Below, piece after piece: positions 1-9,999 of a DNA stretch of 32,000 nt. The notes below the pieces were generated by a model, which was not told the DNA's origin, did no database searches, and saw only the letters and a program-made list of their open reading frames with translations. The stretch covers positions 570,001 through 602,000 of the forward strand of contig OZ245768.1 of assembly GCA_965227835.1 (NCBI GenBank). The letters run 5' to 3'. A program made the translations under genes and the position numbers. The stretch is from Candidatus Saccharimonadota bacterium. GTDB lineage: Bacteria; Patescibacteriota; Gracilibacteria; BD1-5; UBA6164. The stretch's first letter is position 1. Each line of letters starts with the position of its first letter.

Positions 1-1176
1 TTTGTTATACAGTTCTACCACACTATTACAGAATTTATCCTCATCTTTATCAGTTCACTCAAATGCTATTGATTCAAGTATATACTTGTGAATTTCTCAA
101 GTGTATTTTTCTTGAGCTGTTATTGTTAATCACATTGCATCTGTTCAAGTTTTTTCTGAAAAAGCAGGATCTATTCAAAATACTATTTTATAACTCTTAG
201 GTAGCTTATAAAAATACTTTATATCTGATCTTTTAATTATGCTTTGACCATTCTTGTAAGGGATTAAATTAAAGTTTTGATTATAAGCTATTAATCAATC
301 TCTTCTTTTTGTCTGCAGAGAAATAAACTTATAAGCATCATCTCTGATGTTTTTATTTTTTTCTCTAGCTTCTTTATCAGTAGAAACGAATCTACTCCAA
401 CTAATATTTCATTTGATCCTGATAGGTATCCAATAAATTTTAAAATCCTTGTTAGATTCAAAAAATTTCTTTAATCTTGGAATCCTACCATCTTCATTAA
501 TAACATTTCATAGGAATATTTTTTGTGCAAACGAATTTAATCATCCAAATACTTCTCAAGTCAGGAATCTCATATCAGCTTCAATCAGCTCGGAGTTCTT
601 AGTGTTTTTATTTGTATCTATATCATCAAATCATACTAAGTCAGGTCTATGAGTTCTTCCATCTCTTCATAAAAACTTCTTTCATCTAGGACTTTTTCAA
701 ATACTCATTGCTTGAACCTTTATATTTCAATCTATCATAAATTCTCAGATTGTTTTCTTTGTTGGTTCATTTTGTTTTCTTCATTCAGGAGGAATGTATA
801 AGTGTCAAAAGTCATGTATTAATAATTCATTTGTTTGAAGAATAACTATTATATCAAGTAGCATAGCTTTTGCTTGCTCTATCTCTGAGTTATAATGCAT
901 TATATATCTTCTTTTCTTATATACGATACAATAAACATAATAGTAAGTTAAAAACATTGTTTTAGCACATTCTCTAAATCAAACAAAAAATATATTTATC
1001 ATATTTTGTAAGTCATCACAGTAGTCTTTATGAAACTGAGCAAGTGCATGACTAAACTCATTTGGGAAATAATACAGACAAAAAGATAGAAAATCTCATT
1101 TAAAATATTCTTTTCTCAAAAATGTTTTATCAATATTTGTAAAAAGATATTCTAGTAGTTCTCCATCTCTCTCCAT
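1..1176 (-). CDS. terL: phage terminase large subunit (C-terminus beyond window edge)
   Basis: Minus frame checked codon by codon: open from 1176 to position 1 with TGA=Gly. ATG 1176-1174 directly follows the TAG of the upstream gene. MERDGELLEYLF..FHKDYCDDLQ..VGFRECAKT (Walker A-like)..PDLVGFDDID (Walker B-like)..GIDPAFSEKTGTDAMGLTI (start of RNase H-like nuclease domain). Confidence 0.85.
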
Positions 1177-1668
1177 CTATAATAATTTATTATTTTTTAA
1201 TATTTGCTGATATTTTTGCTGATCCTCTTTATCGAGTATTGGTTTATCTCAATTATGGAATTGGAGTTTATTCATGAAGTCTTTATCCCTCATCATTAAC
1301 CACCATTTTGAATCAGCTGAATCTCAGGCTTTTATGTTCGCTCATATATTCAATCTAGCTTGCAGGGATATACTATCTTTAAGTATCCCTTTTTCCTCCA
1401 AAAATTCAGGATTTTCTTGCTGATATTGGTATAACTTACTAGTCGAAATTTGGCTAAAGTAACAGGCTTGCTCGTCTGTCATACCTACTGCAAAACACAG
1501 CTTTAATTTTTGGAGTGTCAGATCTGTCATAATCTTAGGTCTTCAGGCTCATATTTGCTTTTCTTTTTCTTCTTCTTTTGGTAGATCTTTTGATATTTGT
1601 TTTACAGTATTTTCTTTTTCTTTTATACTCAAATTTCAGACTTTTTTGTGGAATTTTTTCCTAGTCAT
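1177..1668 (-). CDS. terminase small subunit-like HTH protein
   Basis: ATG 1668-1666 (alternative ATG at 1530), TAG stop 1179-1177. ..KQIGAGRPKIMTDLTLQKLKLCFAVGMTDEQACYFSQISTSKLYQYQQENPEF: GRPK plus HTH, typical of small terminases. Sits immediately upstream of terL. Confidence 0.6.
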
Positions 1669-2998
1669 CTAAAATTTTGTTAATATCTAAATTTCTATTT
1701 AAGCATGTAATTTCTTTTTTTCACTTTGTAACTTCATAGTATCTCTTGATAATAGTTTGAACGAAAACAGGATCTAACTCCATCATATAACAAGTTCTTT
1801 GTTTTTTCTCACTTGCTATAAGAGTTGATCCACTTCATCAAAATAAATCTAGGATATTATCTCAAATTTTACTAGAGTTATTCAAAGCATATTCTATTAG
1901 CTCCACTGGTTTTTGTGTAGGATGCACATATTCATTTACATTTGCTCTCTTCATACTCCATAGAGTAGTTCTTCATTCAGCTTCAGCATCTTTAGCTCTT
2001 TTTAAGATATTTAAAAGTTGCTTTTCAGTTTTTCAGTGTAAAGTTTCAATAACTGTAGAATGAGTCCTATCTCAGTAAAAATTTGTTTTACTACCAGAAA
2101 TTCAGCAATAAAAAAAAGGCTCATGTTTCCATCTATAATCTCACCATCAAAGTGCTGAACTTGGTTTATTCCATATTAATTGATTCTTAATATCAAAACC
2201 ATTATGCTCTAGTGCTTTCTCAAAAATAGAAGCTGTAGAGGTAGAATGAAAGACATAGACTCATGCTTCTTTATCGGTGTATTTTCTATAAACATCAAAT
2301 ACATCATCTAGGAAGTGTAAAAAGTTTTCATCACTCATATTGTCATTCTCTATTTTCCTATCAGTTCCTGTTATCTTACCTTGTCATTTATAATTCACAT
2401 TGTAAGGTGGATCTGTAAATATCATATTAGCTTTGACTCAATTCATGAGTGCTTCAACCTCATCACTTTTTGTGGAATCTCAAAACATCAATCTATGTTC
2501 TCATAATTGGAATATATCTCAATGTTTTACAATGATTTTCTTATTATCTACTTGTGGAACTTCATCTTCTACATTTTCATCATAGGATTCTGATTCAAAT
2601 AAATTAAAGTTTAAATCAAAGTCTAGATGTTCAACTATATCAACAGAAAAATCTCATAAACTTTCTAACTCAATTCTTAAATTATCAAGATTAAAGTCAG
2701 CTAGTAAGTTCGTAGTATTATCTCTTATACGATAATCTTTTTTCTGATCTTCGGTTAATCAAAAAACTCTAACAACTTCAACCTTTTCTATTCATAGTTC
2801 TTTGAGTGCTAGAGTTCTTCAATGTCATGCAAGAATTATATTTTTCTCATCAATTACAATTGGAGAAATATATCAATCTTTTTGTATAGATTTTGCAATT
2901 TCTCATACATCTTTTTCAGTATGTATTTTATTATTATTCTCATATGGAATAATCTCTTCAAGTTTAAGTTCTATAAACTCTTTTTCTAATTTTGTCAT
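1661..2998 (-). CDS. ParB-like nuclease domain fused to N6-adenine/N4-cytosine DNA methyltransferase (445 aa)
   Basis: ATG 2998-2996, TAG 1663-1661, frame verified. N-terminus MTKLEKEFIELKLEEIIPYENNNKIH..IILAGHGRTLA (ParB box). Then IFTDPPYNVNY (DPPY catalytic motif) and NILDLFGGSGSTLIA (SAM motif I, both Gly-Gly encoded by TGA at 1835-1840). No restriction partner is visible, so it looks like an orphan phage methylase. Confidence 0.9.
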
Positions 2999-3804
2999 AG
3001 TACATGGTTTATCATATTATTTAAAATTCACTCAGTTAGTTCTTTGTGAGGATTTGTATATTTCCAAGTTTTAATAGTTTCTCTTACTTTCTTCTGAACT
3101 TTAGCATCTAGTGAATCAAATGCTTTTCTAATCATTTGCCCGTCTCATTTCACTTCTACTACAGGAGAATGTATAAAACTCTTAATCTCGTTATATAAAA
3201 ACTTAATACTATTACAGTTCTTTTGCTTGAATGAATCTTCAAGAATTCATTTTAATCTTTTTATAAACTCTTCTTTTCAGTTTTTCTTTATAAATTCTAC
3301 CATGTGTTTTCAATATATTCTTTGCCATCATTTTGATTCTTTAAATTCATCAATTCAAACAGCTCTATATAATAAATCTAAAACTGCATTTATTTCTGTA
3401 TTTCAATATTCAATTTTTACATCATTTTTTACAGGTCACTGTAACTCTTTAGAGTTATTATTAATACTTGTATTATTATCTCTCACATTTTTGCTAACGG
3501 TCGGATTGCATTTTTGTATATGGTCGGTTATCGTTTTTGTTAATCGTATTTCTCTCTTTGTTATCTCACTTCATCTATATTCGTAATGAATATGAATATA
3601 TCATAGTTTTTCTAATTTTTTGATCTTTCTACTAATAGTATTTTCATGTATTTTTAGCTTATCTGAGAAATACGAATTACCAGCAAAACAAAAACCTTTT
3701 TCAGCTGTTAAACTGGATATATATAATAATAATGGAAGTTCACTTTTTATTTTCTTATTAAAGATCCAATCATTATCACATATTGCATATCAATTTTTAA
3801 GCAT
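2986..3804 (-). CDS. phage HTH-domain protein (replication/DnaD-like N-terminus), 272 aa
   Basis: ATG 3804-3802, TAG 2988-2986; frame free of TAA/TAG (all tta/cta positions indexed). MLKNGYAICDNDWIFNKKIKSELPLLLYISSLTAEKGFCFAGNSYFSDKLKIHENTISRKIKKLEKLGYI resembles HTH_36-type phage replication-module proteins. Overlaps the methylase start by 13 nt. Confidence 0.6.
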
Positions 3805-3806
3805 GT

Positions 3807-4184
3807 TTAGATCTTGTTATTATAATATTCAAGCATCCTCTTTTCTTCAGGATCAGGAATATCTAACTGCAAAAAATCTCTAGCCCAAACTCTTATTTTC
3901 TCAATAAAATCTGTCATTTCTTTACTTGTAAGACTCTTTGTTGGTTTTATATATATAGTTTTAAATTCATATGAATAAGTTCTTAAAAATTTAGATTTAA
4001 ATATCTCTTTAAGTTCTTCTTTATCATGTCATGTATTTCAAAACTCTTCTATAAAATCAAATATTAAGTGTAAATAAGAATTCTGAGGAATCGAACGGGA
4101 ACGAGAAAAGGCTTTTATTTTATAAAGCCTTTGTTTTGCAGTTTGTAGATATTCTATTAGTTCCTGTGGTGTTCCTATTTTCAA
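3807..4184 (-). CDS. hypothetical phage recombination-module protein (NinB/Orf- or HNHc_6-like, tentative)
   Basis: TAA stop 3809-3807. The only start-like codon after the in-frame TAG (4190-4188) is TTG 4184-4182. ..FSRSRSIPQNSYLHLIFDFIEEFG.. (RS-x-QN motif) and C-terminal TSKEMTDFIEKIRVWARDFLQLDIPDPEE. Confidence 0.4.
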
Positions 4185-5224
4185 AGCCTAAAGCTCAGGT
4201 TATAGGATATTTCAGGTTCATGCGATTCCTCGAAGCTATGTTTTAGCTCATTTACTCATACCATCTCTTTTTTATAATTTGAAGTTATAGTTTCTTCTTG
4301 TGATACTATATCTTCAGGATAGATCCATTTCTTTTTTTGTAGGTAGTAAAAATTACCAAGTCACTCTCTTTTAAAAGTTTTCACATTATGTTTTCTCATA
4401 TCCTGATCTATCTCTTTTTTAAGTTCCTTTTGTCTTGCTTCAATATTCTTTTTAGCACTTTCTAGTCATGCATATTCTTCATAAATATCTTCATTCAGAT
4501 TTACTTCTCAATCTTTTGATTTCATCCATGTTTCATAAGCTTCCTGCATTTCAGCAAATATTTTTGGAACTTTCTTTTTCATACTTTCAACTTTCTTTGG
4601 ATCTATCTTTACTTCAAATGTATGTATATCTCATGTTGGCATAATATTACCATTCTCATCATTTTCGGTTACTATCCAATCTAAGTATGCTTTTTGTGGA
4701 ATATATCAGCTTTGAGCTTCTATAAGCATCGCATAAAAATATAATTGTCAGTGACTTTCAGCTCTCTCTTGAGTCCAAGCAGTTTTTCAGGTTTTAAATT
4801 CTCTAAATGCATGAAGTCAATCTGTTACTATATCAGGAGAGTTATCTATAAATCCTAGACAGCAGATTCAATCTATAAATTGTTGCAATCTTTGCTCGTA
4901 TGTAGGATATAAATCAAATTGCCAATCCATCAGCTTTTCACAAAATTCTGAATTGTCAGATATAAGATTTACTATATTTCTATATTGTTTATCTTTATGT
5001 TCTTCTAAAGCTTCATATTCTCAGTTTCTATTTTTTGAGAGAGCTTTTATGATTACATCTTCATCAAATTCTCTCTCTTCAATCATAGTTCCAAGAACCT
5101 TTCAGAATGCTATTTCTTTTGTTTCAAAGAATGGTTCTTCTTCAAAATATGTTTTTATAAATTGTGATCTAAAATTTTCAAATGAATATATTTTAGACCA
5201 GCTTAGACTTTTAATTTCTGCCAT
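4175..5224 (-). CDS. PD-(D/E)XK-family nuclease (phage exonuclease-like), 349 aa
   Basis: ATG 5224-5222, TAG 4177-4175, every codon translated. Core GFIDNSPDIVTDGLHAFREFKTGKTAWTQERAESHGQLYFYAMLIEA fits the D..(D/E)xK..Q..Y nuclease signature. Lies directly downstream of the Sak4-like ATPase. Confidence 0.7.
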
Positions 5225-5244
5225 AGTTTTTTGGTTAAAATATA

Positions 5245-6126
5245 TTATTTAGTTTCTAATGATTTTTTCATATCTTCTTTTAGCTGTAAAATATCAGCTT
5301 TTTGTGTTTCAGATACAAATTCTTTGTTATTTTTCATCTCTTTTTGAAATTCTAGAAATCCTGTTTTTAGAGATGCTAGAGTTTTTACTTTCCTAAGTTT
5401 ATTGTATATCTTTTGGAAGTTTTTTTGCTGTTCATCTCAGACTCAGTTATATTCTACTACTTTCTTTTCTTCTCAGATTTCTATTTCAGCTAGTTTACTT
5501 ACCCATACCTGAAAGTCTGCTCAAGTAGTGTTTCATATAAGTCAGGTTCTATCTTTTGATAGGAGTTTTGGATTTGAGAGAGTTTCTATTACATGTTCTC
5601 AAGTAGCGAGTACTTCCATATGTCAGACTATATCCATGAAGTATGCAATTTTTGTCGCACTTTTTCAGTTCAAGCTTGGTACAATTTTTGAGATTTTACC
5701 CTCATCTGTAATTTCTTGCTCTTGAGCTATAAAAAGTACATGCATATCTAGTCATCTAAATTCTCTTAGTATTCATTCAATTTGCTTTGCGATTACAGCC
5801 CAATCCTGTAGTTGTAATGCTCTTCATCTTGTAGCTTCAAGTTCAGCTTTTATAATATCATTTATTTCACTTATCGAATCAATTACTACAGTTTCATAAT
5901 TATGTTTTTGATTTTTTAAATATAAAAGTAAATCTCTTAAATCTTTTAGTGATCTTATTTCTGCATAATCTATTTCTTTATTTCATACAGATAGTAGTCA
6001 TGCTTCAGCTGAAGCATAGATTACATTGTTTGCTGTTGATCAAAAAGTTGTTTTTCAACTTCATGATGCTCAATATATCAAAGCCTTAATCTTATGTGAT
6101 GTAGGCTTAAATTTCTTAATTTCCAT
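5245..6126 (-). CDS. Sak4-like AAA_24 ATPase (phage RecA-like recombination protein), 293 aa
   Basis: ATG 6126-6124, TAA 5247-5245, frame verified line by line. MEIKKFKPTSHKIKALIYGASGSGKTTFGSTANN (Walker A with three TGA glycines) and VVIDSISE (Walker B). Confidence 0.8.
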
Positions 6127-6130
6127 AATA

Positions 6131-6232
6131 TTGACTTAATGTAATAAATTAATATTATGTAAAGGCTTATTTATTCGTATGAGTAAATGAGTTCGTACGG
6201 AAGAGTCTCTATTTTTAGAGGCTTTTTCTTTT
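6131..6232 (+). ncRNA. candidate small phage RNA: promoter-like element plus plus-strand-specific terminator
   Basis: TTGACT (6131-6136), 16-nt spacer, TATTAT (6153-6158). About 45 nt later comes the hairpin agagtctct-attttt-agaggct(t) (6202-6224), followed by tttttctttt. The stem contains G-U pairs that become C-A mismatches on the minus strand. Confidence 0.3.
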
Positions 6233-6262
6233 CATTTATTTTTCATATCTCTAAATTAGCAA

Positions 6263-6427
6263 TTACATATTTTCTTTGTACACATCTTCCATTGCTATGA
6301 TTTTATCTCATATTTCAAGAAGTTGCTTATATTCTAGATCATTCATTTGAGTTTGATCTATAAGCTTATAATAAGTTTCAGATAACTTATCAAATAGCTT
6401 TTTCTTAGCTTTAAAATTATAAATCAT
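6263..6427 (-). CDS. small hypothetical phage protein (54 aa)
   Basis: ATG 6427-6425, TAA 6265-6263. MIYNFKAKKKLFDKLSETYYKLIDQTQMNDLEYKQLLEIGDKIIAMEDVYKENM. Packed 10 nt after the upstream gene. Confidence 0.4.
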
Positions 6428-6437
6428 TCATCTAAAG

Positions 6438-6662
6438 TTAAGAATTAAGTTTTGCTTCGATCTCTCTCATTCTTTCAAGATCGTATTGTATAAAAGTATT
6501 AATACAGTATTTTGTATTTACTTTTGCTCTAGAATCTTCAAGTCTATCTACAAATTCAATAAATTTTATAAATCTATCGCTATTAATAGTAAACTTAAGA
6601 AGTTCTATTTCAGTTTTCATAGACTCATATTTTTCTAAGTCTACTTGGATTTTGGCTCACAT
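6438..6662 (-). CDS. small hypothetical phage protein (74 aa; 60 aa if started at 6620)
   Basis: True TAA stop 6440-6438. The ORF-track fragment MKTEIELLKF.. extends upstream to ATG 6662-6660 (MGAKIQVDLEKYES..) when TGA is read as Gly. Confidence 0.5.
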
Positions 6663-6792
6663 GGAATTTCTCAGTTACAATATAAAATATTTGCACATTG
6701 TTCCATCACCTGAGTGTTGTAATCAATACTCCCTACTAATAAAATTAATAGTATTACTATAATAAATATATAAATATTACAGTTACATTTAG

Positions 6793-7029
6793 TTAGTTTT
6801 CTTCTCATAATTCATCATTATTAGCGAATAAATCAAGTATACTATACTTCTCGGTTTTAGTTCTTTTTTCAACCTTGTTAATAGCATCTGTTAAAGCCTT
6901 TTTGGTTTTCCAAATAGGATTTTTTTGCTTCTTTATATGATGTCTTATGACATAAGCAGGTTTATCTAAATGTTTGGCTATTAATTCCACCAATGTTGGA
7001 TCTAATATTTTCTTATCAATTAATCTCAT
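6793..7029 (-). CDS. hypothetical early phage protein (78 aa)
   Basis: The ORF-track fragment ends at a TGA (6807-6805). The real stop is TAA 6795-6793 (..NNDELGEEN). MRLIDKKILDPTLVELIAKHLDKPAYVIRHHIKKQ may be a small DNA-binding protein. Confidence 0.55.
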
Positions 7030-7039
7030 TTTTAGTTAA

Positions 7040-7201
7040 TTAAGTATTATTTTCTATTTCTTGTAGCAGTCATATAAAACTGACTAAGTTTTTTCTTACA
7101 GTTTCCTTTTGCAGAAGTTCCTTAATCTCGTTCTCTTTATAAGGTTCATCGAGATAGTAAACTCAGCGAAATTCAACCCATTTTTTATATCTTGCTTCCA
7201 T
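7040..7201 (-). CDS. hypothetical early phage protein (53 aa), first gene divergent from the repressor
   Basis: ATG 7201-7199, TAA 7042-7040. MEARYKKWVEFRGVYYLDEPYKENEIKELLQKETVRKNLVSFIGLLQEIENNT. Occupies a Cro-like position, but there is no sequence evidence for that function. Confidence 0.45.
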
Positions 7202-7421
7202 ATCAATCTCGTTTATTACTATTATTACCTAATTAGTATATAATGAAGATCAAAAAAATATTAGTTTTCTACTTATCGGATTATTTTAAAGAGCATTGCT
7301 TTAGTGCAGGTACACTATATACAGATTTAGTAATAATGCAAAACTTTTTATACAAAATATAGAGCTTTTCTCGTGTTTTTTTATAGTTTTTCATTAAAAA
7401 TCTTTGACTTATTACTATTTC

Positions 7422-7450
7422 TGTATACACTATTACCGAAATTGTATACA
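7422..7450. promoter_or_regulatory. candidate operator pair in the divergent immunity region
   Basis: Perfect 8-bp palindrome TGTATACA at 7422-7429 and again at 7443-7450 (21 bp centre to centre). They lie about 25-50 bp upstream of the XRE start. A related CTGTATA half-site sits inverted at 7318-7324, and TACACTAT repeats at 7311 and 7426. Confidence 0.45.
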
Positions 7451-7472
7451 ATTTAATTTTTTACATATAACA

Positions 7473-7922
7473 ATGTATAAGGAAAAAGTAGTTAATATTG
7501 AAGTGATATGTAAATATTTATGAAGAGAAATTTATAAATATTTAGAGAATAAAGGTCAGACAATTACAGCTTTAGCTGAAACTATCTGAAAATCTCAAGC
7601 ATATATTACTGACTTATTAAATGGTAGAAGAAATACTTCTAATTTAGAAGTCTATAAAAGAATGGCAGAAGCTATTTGAATGTCTGAAAAAGAGTTCAAT
7701 AACCTTTATAAAGAGGCTAAAAAATATGAGTACTCTGTTTCAACATGAGATAATTTAGATAATAGTTTTTCATTAGATGATTTTAAACTTTCAGATCTTA
7801 AACTAGCTCTTTCGAGAGAATATTGAACGAAAGACGAGCAGGTTTTAGAAGATATTATGTCTTATGCTAAGTTTAAAATAGAGCAATGAGATACTAAATT
7901 TTTGAAAAATTTAAAAAAATAA
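7473..7922 (+). CDS. XRE-family HTH transcriptional repressor (149 aa)
   Basis: ATG 7473, TAA 7920-7922. ..GQTITALAETIGKSQAYITDLLNGRRNTS is a classic HTH_3 helix-turn-helix. The turn Gly is a TGA at 7587-7589. Confidence 0.85.
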
Positions 7923-8021
7923 AATTTTGTATCGAGAAATTAATAAAAAATTAATATCCTATAGATATAATTTATTCTGATGCCCTAAGAAGCATATTTA
8001 TTTTTGTACCCAATTTTATAA

Positions 8022-8438
8022 ATGAATGAAGTACTAGAAAAATACAGAGGTAATTGTTTGCCGATTGATATAGAAAAAATTATATCTGATTTTTGATTGT
8101 CTATAGATTATTTTGAATTTAATACAATCAATGGTTTTATAGCCTGAAATTCTATCATAATAAATAAGAATTTAACTCCTGAAGAGAAAAGATTTACTAT
8201 AGCTCATGAGCTTGGTCATTTTATTGATGGTGAACTTTGAGCATCTACAGAACTATTCTCAAGTACTGATCCTAAAGAAAAAATAGCAGATCAGTTTGCA
8301 ATGGATATTTTATACCCTACCTATAAAGTTAAAGAATTATGGGAAGAATATGAAAATATACCAACTCTTGCACAAACTTTCCTTGTATCAAATAATGTTA
8401 TTGAAAAAAAGTTAAAACAAATTTATAAACTTACTTAA
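8022..8438 (+). CDS. ImmA/IrrE-family zinc metallopeptidase (138 aa)
   Basis: ATG 8022, TAA 8436-8438. ..EEKRFTIAHELGHFIDGEL (HExxH) ..ADQFAMDILYP. Paired with the XRE gene as in ImmR/ImmA prophage and ICE switches. Confidence 0.85.
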
Positions 8439-8445
8439 TGATGTT

Positions 8446-9912
8446 ATGAGAGCAATAGTCTATTGTAGAAAGTCAACTGATAGAGAAGATATGCAAATGC
8501 AAAGTCTTGATATTCAACTACAGTGGGCTTTAGAATACTGTAAAAGCAATAAAATGACCATTGCTGAAACTATATTAGAATCAAAAAGTGCATCAAAAAT
8601 TACATGAAGAGAAGGTTTTCAAAAATTAGTTGAACATTTTGAGAAATGAACAGCTGATGTTTTAATCGTGTATAACATTGATAGAATTGCTCGCAATCCT
8701 CTTGATGAGTGAAATATAAAATGGTTAGCTCAACAATGAAAAATAAAGCAAATACACTCTCCTCAGTGAGTATTTGATTGAAGGCAGATACTTGTGTTAT
8801 CACTTCATATGGCAATGGCGAATCAATATACAATCGATTTAAGTGCTAGAATTAAGGATGGTAAGAAAAAGAAAGTAGAAAAGTGAAAGATAAGCTGGAG
8901 AGCTCCTCTAGGTTATCAAAATGATAAAAATAATAATACTATTGAAGTAAAAGATGACGAATCTATCTATATAAAGAGAATTTTTGAAATGAGGAGTGAA
9001 TGACATTCTTTAGAATTGATAGCTGACCAAATTCATGCTGAATGATTTAGAACTAGAAAATGATATAGAGTTTCTAAAACTGTAATTGAAAGAATAATAA
9101 AAAGCCCTTTTTATTACTGAGTTATAGCATATAAAGATGAGCTATTTAAATGAGATCACAACCCAATAGTATCAAAAGAGTTATGGGACAAAGCAAACAG
9201 CCAATGAAGATGAATTACGGTCGTTTTTGATAGGGATATAACTCCTTTAAAATGAATGGTTAAACATTATGAAACTTGAACTACCATGACAGCTTCTCTA
9301 ATTAAAAATAAACAATATGTATATTTTCACTTACACTCTAAAGTAAAATCTTGAAATAAACTATGGTGTAATCAAAATAACATAATTAAAGAGTTTGATA
9401 AAAACATTGATCTATACTGTATTCCTGAACATGAAAAAGAAAATATAAAAGAAGCAATATTTGAAGAGTGTTGAAATAAATTGGATAATAATAAAAAAGA
9501 GAGAAAGATTATTAAATGAAAAATTACAAAATTAGAAAAAGATAAAACATGACTTATAACAATGAGGAGAAATTGAGAGTTAACTACTGAAGAATTTCTT
9601 GAAGAAAAAAATAACATAATCAACGAAATTGAAGATTATGAGAACAAATTGATTGGTTTAAATAGAAAAGATAACTCTATTTTAGATGAATTAGATTGAA
9701 TGCTCGAACTCTTCATAAACCTGAACAGCTTGTGGAAAACTGCTAGTAATGAAAAAAAACTTGAATATATTGCAAAAGTCGTGCTCGAACTAAATTTTAA
9801 CAACGAAAAAAGGCTTTACATAGAGGAAGAACCACTATTCAAAGCCTTTCAAAATTTTAATCGTCACAAATGGTGGACTCACCGGGGCTCGAACCCGGGA
9901 CCTATCGCTTAA
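8446..9912 (+). CDS. large serine recombinase (phage integrase), 488 aa
   Basis: ATG 8446, TAA 9910-9912. MRAIVYCRKSTDREDMQMQSLDIQ (catalytic Ser region), ..VLIVYNIDRIARN.., recombinase domain ..YIKRIFEMRSEGHSLELIADQI.. and a long coiled-coil C-terminus. The last 14 codons (WWTHRGSNPGPIA) are antisense to the tRNA-Lys 3' half. Confidence 0.9.
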
Positions 9913-9946
9913 GAGGCGAGTGCTCTACCAACTGAGCTATAAGTCC
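9871..9946 (-). tRNA. tRNA-Lys (anticodon CUU), CCA encoded
   Basis: The reverse complement GGACTTATAGCTCAGTTGGTAGAGCACTCGCCTCTTAAGCGATAGGTCCCGGGTTCGAGCCCCGGTGAGTCCACCA folds by hand. Acceptor 7 bp, D arm GCTC/GAGC, anticodon loop CTCTTAA, T arm CCGGG-TTCGAGC-CCCGG. There is a single C27-U43 mismatch. Confidence 0.9.
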
Positions 9947-9980
9947 ATAAATTAAAAATAGATTTTATAAAAAAAATATA

Positions 9981-9999
9981 AAAAATCCAAAGGATTTTT
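9981..9999 (-). terminator. intrinsic terminator downstream of ligA (A/T runs on both sides)
   Basis: aaaaatcc-aaa-ggattttt hairpin, starting right at the ligA stop codon and flanked by T runs on the minus strand. Confidence 0.55.

Noticed and set aside
4087-4135. tRNA-like T-arm string (ggaatcgaacggg) and a terminator-like hairpin aaaggcttt-tattttat-aaagccttt
   Set aside because: No cloverleaf can be built around the T-arm-like string. Both features lie inside the open frame of the NinB-like gene (..QRLYKIKAFSRSRSIPQN..). They may still be structured RNA, but I cannot support them as separate features.
449-5725. Plus-strand track ORFs 449-652, 2802-3074, 3227-3586, 3620-3883, 4953-5252 and 5528-5725
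   Set aside because: All are shadows antisense to minus-strand phage genes with recognisable motifs (terL, methylase, HTH protein, nuclease, Sak4-like). Their translations are low-complexity Ser/Phe/Ile/Leu strings.
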